Assembly: GCA_965140785.1 (NCBI GenBank)
Contig: OZ223475.1
Span: forward strand, 96,001 to 160,000
Direction: 5' to 3'
DNA from: an uncultured Ruficoccus sp.
GTDB taxonomy: Bacteria; Verrucomicrobiota; Verrucomicrobiia; Opitutales; Cerasicoccaceae
Length of the DNA: 64,000 bases
The position numbers and the translations under genes are program-made. Shown here one piece after another: positions 55,901 to 64,000 of this stretch. The notes under the pieces were generated by a model. It did no database searches. It worked only from the letters and a program-made list of their open reading frames with translations, and was not told the DNA's origin. Each line of letters begins with the position of its first letter. Within the stretch, counting starts at the first letter, position 1.

Positions 55901-56820
55901 GTCTATTGAAAGATAATGACGGCAGTGTGTCTGTTTCCAATCGATCGCTTGGAGGAGACCCCGCCCCCGGCATGAAAAAGCAACTGCGCGTTCGATACCG
56001 CACGGATGGACTTGAGAAAGAGGCGACGATTAGTGAGGGTCTGGAGCTGTCGCTTGCGGATTTGTCTGGAGGGGGGACTTCACCATCATTTCGGGTTGAG
56101 GGTCTCGACGCAGGGCGGGTTGAGTTGACTGCCTCCGGTGCCGGTACGTTTTATCTGGAGTCGGCGGGTGGGGAGCTTTGCGAGGTCGTCATCGATCGGC
56201 TGCCGCCCCCGCTGGAAATTTTAGGAGGGTGGACGGTTGAGTTTCCAGAGGGGAAGGGGGCTCCTGATTCTATTGTCCTCGATCGATTGATGTCATGGAC
56301 GGATTATCCTGAATCAGGCGTGCGGTATTTCTCGGGCACCGCGACATACCGGAAAACCTTTGAACTGCCAGCGGACATGACTGGTGATGGTCTTGAGCTG
56401 GATTTGGATCTGGGGGAAGTAAAAAATATCGCGCGGGTGTGGTTGAATGGGGTGGACCTTGGTCTGCTGTGGAAGGCGCCGTTCAGGCTAGATGCCTCTG
56501 GAGTCCTTCGGTCCGGGCGTAACGATCTCGTGATCGAAGTGACGAATCTGTGGCCGAACCGATTGATCGGCGATGAGCAATTGCCCTCGGATTGCAACTG
56601 GAAAAAGGGCAGGGGGGCGAGTGAGGGGTCATATTTGACGCAGTGGCCGCAGTGGCTCCTCTACGATATGTCCAGCCCGTCTGGACGTGTGACGTTTTCG
56701 AGTTGGAAGCATTGGAACAAGGATGACGGGCTGTTGCCGTCCGGTTTACTGGGACCGGTAAAAGTGCTTCCTCAAGCAAGGCGAATCGTGGTTCTGGGTG
56801 AATTTTCGCCTAGCCGGTAA
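52996..56820 (+). CDS. Alpha-L-rhamnosidase, GH106 family (start uncertain, 52996-53092)
   Basis: F.SPP..AK..TWWHWMNGNVT.EGI.ADLE, GW.SSGGPW, GLECDKLS, DSYE, IPM.EFW, GEAFT, YFSGTATY, NLWPNRLIGD motifs. Confidence 0.9.
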   Translation: MAIYRLRNTSIFFSVGRMLAGMGCRRALHAKKMTHLFLLQACLSFVASCAVASTEGLESGFESPPDAAKVYTWWHWMNGNVTREGIRADLEAMKDVGLGGFQLFDVLGAPEGAVKYGSREWRDMVLYALEVADELGLDAGMHNCAGWSSSGGPWVSIEQSMQELVFSEITIQGAGEVDVLLPVPLTRLGYYRDVAVLAFPSVASGDGTAQETPFLSSNIEGFEVAALTDALDDTVVEMLPPAEGNPHYIQYEYARPYRACRLYIDPDPARLGFSGYLSASDDGIHFEKITEFSFDYGSHAKTFSFPEVSARFYRLVVTQAAGSLSSSRSTMTIKAMVLDDDFRLMNYEQKAGFQRAAYPGIDTQADRVPGRFSIPLESVVDLTDRVDTDGCLSWDAPPGEWTILRVGHTAMGEVNMPASVGGRGLECDKLSRAAVVAFWDGMMAKVVADAGPLAGTTLTNILVDSYEKRSTNWTVELPEEFRARCGYSLRKFLPAMTGRIVEDGILTERFLWDFRRVLADMFEENYSTVLAELAAAHGIELALEPGGSSPADDLLYSRPAAIPMMEFWVGGDPLWRTRTTPLAASAAHIYDKTYVGGEAFTGRPSVERWTNDPHSLKALGDAVYCSGVNRFYMHTFAHQPWLDRAPGMTMGRWGTHFDRMNTWWSQASDWVEYMGRAQYLLQSGKFVADVLYFYGEGAPVGDRALVPPVPAGYRYDRCNADVILNRMQVRDGRLVLDGGQSYRLLVLPPERQMTPEMLRKIRELVMAGATVMGPRPEISPSLKDYPECDREVAVLAGEIWGNCDGQVVKEHTLGRGRVLWGNSVSDVLVEMGVEPDFMMTPEPAPVGFIHRKTDQADIYFVANVMDSPQRVECSFRVHGKVPELWQPDTGGRRPAAVYRDEGSRTVVPLELGPSESLFVIFRRDQVGGNHLVRAYASAPEVEGVGIVNAVYEGIQDPSRCVVVTARVDRLLKDNDGSVSVSNRSLGGDPAPGMKKQLRVRYRTDGLEKEATISEGLELSLADLSGGGTSPSFRVEGLDAGRVELTASGAGTFYLESAGGELCEVVIDRLPPPLEILGGWTVEFPEGKGAPDSIVLDRLMSWTDYPESGVRYFSGTATYRKTFELPADMTGDGLELDLDLGEVKNIARVWLNGVDLGLLWKAPFRLDASGVLRSGRNDLVIEVTNLWPNRLIGDEQLPSDCNWKKGRGASEGSYLTQWPQWLLYDMSSPSGRVTFSSWKHWNKDDGLLPSGLLGPVKVLPQARRIVVLGEFSPSR

Positions 56821-56901
56821 ATGGATGCACGGCCAGGAGTGTCGAGCTTTGGGGTGTTTCAAAAACTCAGGAATAACTTTTCCGTTAATTACACGCTTGT
56901 G

Positions 56902-56919
56902 TATTGACACGATTAAATA
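56902..56919 (+). promoter_or_regulatory. LacI-type operator overlapping a TTGACA -35, upstream of GH78
   Basis: TATTGACACGATTAAATA, identical in reverse complement to 52897-52914. Confidence 0.75.
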
Positions 56920-56944
56920 GCGTAAATAATTTTCCATCCAATCT

Positions 56945-59356
56945 ATGAGCCGACCGACCGTAAAGACTGCGCCACTGTCCGATATGGAGACCGGGCCCTC
57001 CTTCCGGGCTGAGCGCATGTTTTTACCCGACCGGGCCATATATACAAATTGTGGTGAGCCCGCCCGTTATCCGATTGAGGAGGCCTCGTGGGTTTGGGCA
57101 TGCGTCAGTGATGAGCAGTCTGCGCAGGTGGTCCGGTTTTTTCGTAACGTTCATTTTGATGGTGGGAAACTGCTTGTTCATTTAAGCGCTGACCAGCGCT
57201 ATGAGTTCAGGCTGAACGGGTGCTTGCTCGGTGATGGTCCGGAGTCGGGCTCGCCGGCCTTTTGGCCTTTTTCTTCTTATCGGCTTGAGCTTGAGCCGGG
57301 TGACTACCGTTTTGAGGTACTGGCATGGTGGCTGGGCGAGCACGCTCCGCTCGCTCATGAGACTCACCGTCCGGGGTTTATTTTCAAAGCTGAAGGAGAG
57401 CTCGACAGTGAACTGACTACGGGGCGAGCCCGTTGGCAGGCCGAGGAACTCGGGGGCTACTACTTCGATGAGTCGAGGCGCTTGCCGGGCGCTCATTATG
57501 TGGGGGCCGGGCTCGTGCTGGATGCTGCTGCGCGTCGGCAGATGACCAGCGAGGTCGATGTCAAGGTGGTTGAGGAAGCCCTCGTCGCCAATGACTTTGG
57601 TCGGATGCGAATGGCATGGGAACTAACACCGGCGATGCTGCCTGATCAGACTCGAAAACTGCTAGACCCTCCAGTGGCGCGTGCCATGCTCAGGCGCTGG
57701 ATCGAGGATGAATCCTTCCAGCCCGAATGGGAAAACCCGGATGGTGGCACCGATTTCAATACATGGGGTGCGGGCGGATTTGGAGTGGACGCCGATTCGG
57801 AGCTCACGCTGCTGTTGGATTTTGAGCAGATTGTTTGTGCGCGCCCGTGTCTTGATCTTCGGGGCGGAAGAGAGGCGCGTATCGATATTTCATGGGCAGA
57901 ATCACTGATTACCGAATCTTGGATGCAGAGCAACAATCTCATTCAGTTGAAGGGGCTGCGTTCGCAGATTGCAGGAAAGCGCTTCGTTGGATTTGGGGAC
58001 TACTTCATGCCCTCGGGTGAGGACGGCACAGCGCTTGAGGGGCTGTGGTGGAGATCTGGGCGATATGTTCTTGTGCGTATTAAGACGGCAGAGGAGCCGT
58101 TATATATCGATCAGCTGTCTTTTGAGTCCACGGGGTATCCGCTGCGAGAGCAGGCCCGGCTCGAGTCGCCGGATCCGGATGTGTCTGCAATCGCGGATAT
58201 CTGTCGTCGCAGCCTGGTTGCTTCAGCTCACGAATTTTTCGCAGATTCCCCGGCGTATGAGCAACTGATGTACTGCGGTGATGCGCGGATTCAGGCGCTG
58301 TGTCATTATACCATGGGCCAGGACGATCGTTTGTGCCGGCGGGCTATCCGCTTGTTTGATCGTTCGAGGCTCGCGGGGAGGGGGCTGGTTACTTCGCGCT
58401 ACCCGTCTCGCCGGATACAGATTATTCCGGGCTATTCGCTGCTGTGGATAGGGATGAATTACGACTATCTTTTGTGGCGAGGTGACGCCGAATTTGTGCA
58501 GGCTAACATTCCGGGGATGCGGTCGGTGCTGGATATCTTTGACTCATTTCGTGGCGATGAAGGCTTACCGTGTGGCTTACCCGGTTGGCGTTTCATGGAC
58601 TGGATTCCCTCTTGGAAAAACGGTACGCCTCCGATGGCAGGCGGGTATGACCTGCATTTATCTCTGTTGTATTTGATTTCCCTTCAGCAGGCCGTGCGTA
58701 TTGAGCAGTGCCTTGGTTCACTGGAGCGGGCTCATGAGTTCTCCGGACGCGCTGGCGCGGTCTCTGCTGCGGTTAAAAGATTATTCTGGCATGCCGATGA
58801 GGAGCTGTTCCGGTGTGATGCCTCCAGGGATGTGCATGCCCAGGCTCTCGCTGTGATCGCTGGTTTGTTTGATGACAAGGACGTCGCCCGAAAAGCACTG
58901 GGGCGGGAAGACCTAGCGGGTACCTCACTGTATTTCACACACTATGTGATGGAGGCCTGGCGGCTGCTTGATCGAGAGGATTTTCTTCCGCTGCTCGAGC
59001 CCTGGCGGAAAATGCTGGCACTCGGCCTGAGCACAACGCCCGAGTGCGAGGAGCCGGCCCGATCTGATTGCCATGCCTGGAGCGCTCATCCTCTATTTCA
59101 TTTCTATGCCACTGTCGCGGGAGTGCGTCCGGCTGGCCCCGGCTTTTCTGCGGTGGAGGTCGCTCCCCGGCCCGGCCCTTTGACCCATTTGAAAGTGGAG
59201 ATGCCCTGGAAGGCCGGCTCAATCGGGATGGATGCGATGTTCTCGGCGGGAACGGTTCAGGCGACGCTTGTTTTGCCTGATGGATTGAATGGCTGTTTCT
59301 GTTGGAAAGGCAGGCGCCAGCCTTTGATGCCGGGGCACAACTATATCAGCCTTTAA
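56945..59356 (+). CDS. Alpha-L-rhamnosidase, GH78-like
   Basis: SADQRY...LNG, D.P.YEQLMY.GD.RIQ, SRYPS...Q.IP..SL.W, F.DW, SDCHAWSAHP motifs. Confidence 0.85.
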   Translation: MSRPTVKTAPLSDMETGPSFRAERMFLPDRAIYTNCGEPARYPIEEASWVWACVSDEQSAQVVRFFRNVHFDGGKLLVHLSADQRYEFRLNGCLLGDGPESGSPAFWPFSSYRLELEPGDYRFEVLAWWLGEHAPLAHETHRPGFIFKAEGELDSELTTGRARWQAEELGGYYFDESRRLPGAHYVGAGLVLDAAARRQMTSEVDVKVVEEALVANDFGRMRMAWELTPAMLPDQTRKLLDPPVARAMLRRWIEDESFQPEWENPDGGTDFNTWGAGGFGVDADSELTLLLDFEQIVCARPCLDLRGGREARIDISWAESLITESWMQSNNLIQLKGLRSQIAGKRFVGFGDYFMPSGEDGTALEGLWWRSGRYVLVRIKTAEEPLYIDQLSFESTGYPLREQARLESPDPDVSAIADICRRSLVASAHEFFADSPAYEQLMYCGDARIQALCHYTMGQDDRLCRRAIRLFDRSRLAGRGLVTSRYPSRRIQIIPGYSLLWIGMNYDYLLWRGDAEFVQANIPGMRSVLDIFDSFRGDEGLPCGLPGWRFMDWIPSWKNGTPPMAGGYDLHLSLLYLISLQQAVRIEQCLGSLERAHEFSGRAGAVSAAVKRLFWHADEELFRCDASRDVHAQALAVIAGLFDDKDVARKALGREDLAGTSLYFTHYVMEAWRLLDREDFLPLLEPWRKMLALGLSTTPECEEPARSDCHAWSAHPLFHFYATVAGVRPAGPGFSAVEVAPRPGPLTHLKVEMPWKAGSIGMDAMFSAGTVQATLVLPDGLNGCFCWKGRRQPLMPGHNYISL

Positions 59357-59370
59357 GTTTTCTACACACT

Positions 59371-61056
59371 ATGGATATACCCTCTGCCCAACTGGGGACT
59401 GGTTTTTGGATTATTACCGTCTCGTTTACCCTCGTGCTTATCGGCGTCAGCCTGTACCTCACGCGACGCATTAAAAGCAGTGATGATTTCTTCCGCGCTT
59501 CCGGAAAGGCATCCTGGTGGATTAATGGCCTGTCATTTATCATGGCGGCGTTTTCGGCATCGGTCTTTGTCGCCAACGCGTCGCTGGCCTATAACCGGGG
59601 TGGGCTGAACGCACTGTTAATCCTGGCGCAGTTACCGGTTTTCGTGGCCGGGTTTATGTTCTTTGCGCGCTTATGGCACCGCAGCGGCGTGCACACAGCC
59701 GTCGAGTTCATCGGAAGCCGGTTCGGGCAACCGACCGCGAAGTTCTTTCTCTACAGCGGGGTGCCCATTCGCATTCTCGACAACGCGAACCGCCTCTACG
59801 TAACGGGTGTCTTGATCGAGTGCCTGATGGGGATTCCCTTATGGCAGGGAGTGGCTTTCGCGGGTATTGTAGCTGTATTGTTCACGGTGGGCGGCGGTTT
59901 TATGGCCGTGCTGGTGACGGATGCCATTCAGGCGTTGATTCTCGCGGCGGTGAGTGTCGTCATCGCGGTTGCTGCGGTAATCCGGGTGGGTGGCGTGCAT
60001 GAGTGGATGGCCAAAGTTCCTGAAGGGTACTGGTCGATGCAGATGCCCGGCTCTGATATGAATATCTGGCTGATTATGGCATGGGTTTTTGTTGGCCTGT
60101 TTGCCTGGAACGGGAACTGGGCGCTGGTCCAGCGCTATGTTTCCGTGCCCACAGAGCGCGACGCGACCAAGGTCACTCTCATGGCGGGCATCTCCTACTA
60201 CATCATCTTTCCATTGCTGGCGATTCCGCCGATGGTGGCGGTTGTGCTGCTTCCGCAGTTGCAGGGGGCGATCGGAGGTGAGCGCTCCTATATCCTGCTG
60301 GCCCAGACGCTGTTGCCCGCCGCCTTGCTTGGGCTGTTGAGCTTTGCCATGCTGGGAACGACCGTGACGGCCGTGGGCTCCGAGCTCAACGTCATGGCTC
60401 AAGTCCTGGTGGAAAATTTGCTGGTGCGGATATTCCCGACACTTGGTGAAAAGGCAAAGCTGACGATTGGCCGGTGTCTGATCGTTATCTTGATGACGCT
60501 TTGCCTGACCATTGCTCTGCAGATTCGGAACTTTGGCGGTGCCTTCAAGTACTTGATGACAATCCTCGGAATGACCTCACTGCCGGTTTACATGCCGATG
60601 CTCCTGGGGCTCCTGGAGAAACGAGCGCCGGGATGGGGGGCGGTCAGTTCCTGCTGCGCGGGGATTGTCGTATCAGTGCTGATGAAGTTTGTCTGGGGGG
60701 CTCCGCTGGCTGCAGTTATCTTTACCAACGGGCTGGTTACCCTGGCTGTCTATTTTATCTCGGGCTGGATATCCCCGTCGCGACTGGGCTTCTCCATGCC
60801 TAAGCGCGCTGCGGTGGTGGCGCCCGCTACCGAGGAGGAGATTGCCGCATCAGTCGAGCAACAGCGTAAGTCCTTTAACCGACCGATTGCCTGGAGTCTT
60901 ACGGGGATGGCGCTGGTATTGCTTGTCACCGCATTGCTATCCGGAATGAGCGGCCCAGATCTTGCCCTGGCCTTGGGTACCGTCGCGATTTTGCTGATCT
61001 TTACTTTTGTTATCAGCTGTCTGCCCAAGTGGTTAAAACCCTCGATACCTTCCTGA
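59371..61056 (+). CDS. Sodium:solute symporter (SSS) family transporter
   Basis: DFFRASG..SWW..GLS..M..FSA..FV, EFI..RF, GG..AV..TD.IQ, VQRY motifs; many TM helices. Confidence 0.9.
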   Translation: MDIPSAQLGTGFWIITVSFTLVLIGVSLYLTRRIKSSDDFFRASGKASWWINGLSFIMAAFSASVFVANASLAYNRGGLNALLILAQLPVFVAGFMFFARLWHRSGVHTAVEFIGSRFGQPTAKFFLYSGVPIRILDNANRLYVTGVLIECLMGIPLWQGVAFAGIVAVLFTVGGGFMAVLVTDAIQALILAAVSVVIAVAAVIRVGGVHEWMAKVPEGYWSMQMPGSDMNIWLIMAWVFVGLFAWNGNWALVQRYVSVPTERDATKVTLMAGISYYIIFPLLAIPPMVAVVLLPQLQGAIGGERSYILLAQTLLPAALLGLLSFAMLGTTVTAVGSELNVMAQVLVENLLVRIFPTLGEKAKLTIGRCLIVILMTLCLTIALQIRNFGGAFKYLMTILGMTSLPVYMPMLLGLLEKRAPGWGAVSSCCAGIVVSVLMKFVWGAPLAAVIFTNGLVTLAVYFISGWISPSRLGFSMPKRAAVVAPATEEEIAASVEQQRKSFNRPIAWSLTGMALVLLVTALLSGMSGPDLALALGTVAILLIFTFVISCLPKWLKPSIPS

Positions 61057-61057
61057 T

Positions 61058-62911
61058 ATGAAAATGCTTGTTCTTGCGGCAGTGCTTACTGCCATGTCTT
61101 CTTTGACTGCGTTTGAGCGTACTAGCGATGGGGTTCGTATTCCCCATGTTGGTGTCGATACGGCGGGTACATGGTTTGGGCGTAATGGAGCTTATGGCGG
61201 AGCTGGCTGGGAGTATCCGGCTTTTCGAGACGCCTTGAAAGAGCTGGGCATCGACTTGCTGATCGACCATTACCTCGAAATACCCGAAGGAGACGATGCG
61301 GAGGCCAATGCCCAAAAAATGCATGAGAGTATCCTGACGCTGGAGCGCTATCTGGAGGCGGCTGGTATCGACTACTGGTGGAATCTGGAAATCGCTAACT
61401 GGCGGCCTGCCATTTTCTATGTGCCCGGTCAGAACCTACTCGACTACAATGGTGCGCATTTCCTGATGTTGCCGCCGGACATCTGTGGATGGATGGAGGA
61501 GAGCCCGCGGATTCACGGTGTGGTCTACGATGAGCTGGAGCATATGGTCCTGAGCCGTACATTCAGCACCAACCGCGCTCAGAATGCGGAGTCTCCTGCG
61601 ATTGTCGAAACCGATGGTCTGAAGCTGGACGAGGCTTACGAAACCCTTTACGAGGAGCTTCAGTTCATCCGCCAGAATTATGGCAGTGACAAGCTGGGAT
61701 GCGCGGTGGAAATGGTCTGGCCGGTGATGCCTCATATATTTGCCCGGGCCGGCTGGACGCTCAGCCCGAAGCTCATGAAAGAGGGCTGGACGCCAGTGCC
61801 TGTCGCCATGTCGCTCGGTGCTGCTGTTGAATATGAGCACAATGGGGCCAACTTCTGGCTGACGCCTGACTTGTGGTTCTGTGGCCACTATCCCGGGCAT
61901 GGTGTGGAGGAACTGCGCAGCGCCCTGGTGGCGGCTCATTGGCTGTGTGCGGAGAGCATCTATGTCGAGAATCTCGATTACGTTCACCTGGCGCGTGCCA
62001 TTCACGACCCTAAGGCTGCCCGAAAGGTCGGGCTTGAAGGACGCCCGCAGGGTAAGCATCACCCCGATGCCGAAGGCTTGGCCGGGTCTTTGGTGAGCTT
62101 TACCAGTGATACCGAGTACTCGCTGACTGCCTATGGAGACGTACTGCGTCAGTACGCGGGGGCGTACCGCTGGGAGCATCCGCGTCCTTATCGCTGGCGC
62201 GATGCGAGGTGTACCGTGGCCATTGTCCGCTTCCCGGATTCAAACTGGGGGCAGGAAAACAGCTTTATGCCCAAGACGTTACTGGGGTCCAAAACCGAGA
62301 CATCCACGCCTCAGACACAGGCTTGGTACCAGATATGGAACGTTCTGTCTCTGGGGACGATTCCGCCTACGGGTCTTTCCTTTCACTGTCGTGATGTAAA
62401 GGGAAAGATCCCGCCACGCTTTTTTGTTCCAACGCCGCCTGTGCTTGTCTTTGATCATCGGGTCGGTGACGAGCATCCGGATTTTGACTTCCGCGGAGCA
62501 GGGCTAATCTACCTGACGGGGGTCGCGGTCACGCCAGCTACCTTGGAGGCTGTATCAAAAGCGGTCGAGCAGGGCGCAGTCTGCATCACGCTGCCGCACC
62601 TGGCCCCGGATGAGCTTCGCAGTGCCTATGGCAATCAGGACTTGACCAGTTGGGCTGCGCCTCAGGGGAAGGGGAGATGGCTGTTGACGGACCGGTTCGA
62701 TAGGCCTGAGGCAGTGGCGCTGGCGGAGCCATTCCTGCCCGAGAGGGATGAAATGCAGTACCGGTTTGGATCCACTGAGGTTGTCTTTCGCAGAGTCACC
62801 GGCGACCAGATACAAGTGTTGGTCGATGGTAAGGTTGTTCACGAACCGCCGGTGGATGCCGCCCATCGGAACATCCAGTGGGTGGATGGAGTACTGCAAG
62901 TGGCCGAGTGA
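61058..62911 (+). CDS. Secreted hypothetical protein, candidate glycoside hydrolase
   Basis: 617 aa, signal peptide; VVYDELEH, PKLMKE, PDLW, YPGH, YVENL blocks; operonic with GH78 and SSS. Confidence 0.65.
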   Translation: MKMLVLAAVLTAMSSLTAFERTSDGVRIPHVGVDTAGTWFGRNGAYGGAGWEYPAFRDALKELGIDLLIDHYLEIPEGDDAEANAQKMHESILTLERYLEAAGIDYWWNLEIANWRPAIFYVPGQNLLDYNGAHFLMLPPDICGWMEESPRIHGVVYDELEHMVLSRTFSTNRAQNAESPAIVETDGLKLDEAYETLYEELQFIRQNYGSDKLGCAVEMVWPVMPHIFARAGWTLSPKLMKEGWTPVPVAMSLGAAVEYEHNGANFWLTPDLWFCGHYPGHGVEELRSALVAAHWLCAESIYVENLDYVHLARAIHDPKAARKVGLEGRPQGKHHPDAEGLAGSLVSFTSDTEYSLTAYGDVLRQYAGAYRWEHPRPYRWRDARCTVAIVRFPDSNWGQENSFMPKTLLGSKTETSTPQTQAWYQIWNVLSLGTIPPTGLSFHCRDVKGKIPPRFFVPTPPVLVFDHRVGDEHPDFDFRGAGLIYLTGVAVTPATLEAVSKAVEQGAVCITLPHLAPDELRSAYGNQDLTSWAAPQGKGRWLLTDRFDRPEAVALAEPFLPERDEMQYRFGSTEVVFRRVTGDQIQVLVDGKVVHEPPVDAAHRNIQWVDGVLQVAE

Positions 62912-62932
62912 GTCCCCGGTCTGAGCGGGGTC

Positions 62933-63958
62933 TTATTGGGGGGCGGGGCCGGTGGAGGCGCGGACGACCAATTGGGTTGGGAGTGATTCCGTATAGCTGC
63001 TTCCAAAGGGTCTCGTGCCTTCGGATATTTCAATCAGGCATTGTGCTGCGCGTGCTCCCAACTGCTCAGCGGGAAGGTCAACCGAAGTAAGTGGAGGATC
63101 AGTAAAGTCGCACAGCGGCAAGTTAACAAAGCCTGTTATCGAAATGTCCTCTGGCACGCGAAGACCCGCTTTCTGGAGCGTAAAAAGTACGCGCAGGGCG
63201 CTGGGATCGGTGTCGCAGAAAATCGCTGTGGGACGGGGCTTGAGTTCAAGAAGCGAAAGAACCTCACTCGCAATTTTATCTGGGTTGAACTGTCCTTCGC
63301 GGAAGTACTCTTTAGGCATTTGAATACCGTGTGTCTTCAGGGCGGCGACAAATCCCTTGCGGCGTAGTACGGTCGAAGAGTATTGGCGGGAGTTAAAAAT
63401 CCCACCAAATGTCCGGTGTCCGTGGGATATGAGATGGTCCACCGTTTCACGAGTGCCCGAGGCGTGGTCTGCCAGCACTGAGAGGTCGCTGACATCGCTG
63501 AAGGCGTCACCTACCTGCAGAAGGGGGATCTCTGCGACTTTCAGCTCCGAGGATAGTTGGCGGAGGAAAGGTCGTGTCAGGTTCAGGGTTATGATGCCAG
63601 CAGCCATCCGGTTGCGGGCCAGTGCGACAATCTCCTGAGCGCTGGTGCCGGTGGGAGATATTGGCAGAAACTTCAATTGGTACCCCTTGGAATATGCCTG
63701 TACGGAGGCTCCGTGCACGACATTGATATTTGACTCCCAGCGTAGCCGAGGGGTGAGGATAAACAGGGTGCGGCTTTTTCCGGTGCGTACGGCGCGGGCA
63801 GCGTCGTTGGCCACGTATCCCATCTTCTGCGCGATCTTGGTGACCCTGTCGATCGTGCTTTTACTTAGAAAATGCTTCAGCGGGGCATCATTGAGAACGT
63901 ACGAGACGGATGCCCTGGAAACGCCGGCGGCCTCGGCGATATTTGCCATGGTCGCCAT
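62933..63958 (-). CDS. LacI-family transcriptional regulator
   Basis: TMANIAEAAGVSRASVSYVLN HTH; HLISHGHR, PTAIFC..D, VPEDISITGF, PPLTSV motifs. Confidence 0.95.
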   Translation of the reverse strand: MATMANIAEAAGVSRASVSYVLNDAPLKHFLSKSTIDRVTKIAQKMGYVANDAARAVRTGKSRTLFILTPRLRWESNINVVHGASVQAYSKGYQLKFLPISPTGTSAQEIVALARNRMAAGIITLNLTRPFLRQLSSELKVAEIPLLQVGDAFSDVSDLSVLADHASGTRETVDHLISHGHRTFGGIFNSRQYSSTVLRRKGFVAALKTHGIQMPKEYFREGQFNPDKIASEVLSLLELKPRPTAIFCDTDPSALRVLFTLQKAGLRVPEDISITGFVNLPLCDFTDPPLTSVDLPAEQLGARAAQCLIEISEGTRPFGSSYTESLPTQLVVRASTGPAPQ

Positions 63959-64000
63959 TTTTTTCCGCGGGCTTTTCTTGGGTGAAGATGTGGATGCTTT

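Noticed and set aside
1..64000. CRISPR array, rRNA, complete tRNA/tmRNA, reverse transcriptase/DGR
   Set aside because: No regularly spaced repeats, cas, RT or full structural RNA genes seen by eye; only 14-16 nt tRNA/tmRNA-3'-like ends at 36750 and 50656.

Overview
Bacterial window, most likely from a Verrucomicrobiota (Opitutia-like) genome. This is inferred from two PEP-CTERM proteins, a Verru_Chthon-A-like giant pseudopilin, a prepilin-type/H-X9-DG-like protein and dense CAZyme loci. (1) 1-6.7 kb is the distal end of a siphovirus/GTA-like tail module: tape-measure end, an inserted AbrB-Doc toxin-antitoxin pair, Dit-like+vWA, DUF2163/BR0599 hub, NlpC/P60, a tail-tip protein and a membrane protein. 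(2) 6.8-16.7 kb holds two YphG-like DUF5107-TPR genes, two paralogous AraC regulators and an aldose 1-epimerase. (3) 17-35 kb is a candidate LacI regulon, with a shared operator at 5 sites, covering a secreted GH-A enzyme, the giant pseudopilin-like protein and its partner, a PEP-CTERM protein, a GPH transporter, an unknown ~810 aa protein, GH36 and GH130. (4) 35-50.7 kb contains three copies of an rve transposase element (one intact, one broken by an IS3, one decayed), a second unknown ~805 aa paralog with IclR, and a phosphoesterase/phosphodiester-glycosidase/PEP-CTERM cluster. A conserved ~150 bp non-coding repeat ending in a tmRNA/tRNA-3'-like sequence occurs twice. (5) 50.7-64 kb is an L-rhamnose locus (rhaT, pilin-like protein, GH106, GH78, SSS transporter, unknown secreted protein, LacI) with an exact 18-bp operator present twice. 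The most notable signal is pilin-like genes wired into two independent sugar-responsive repressor circuits. No rRNA, complete tRNA or CRISPR array was seen. All calls come from reading motifs by eye; no searches were run.
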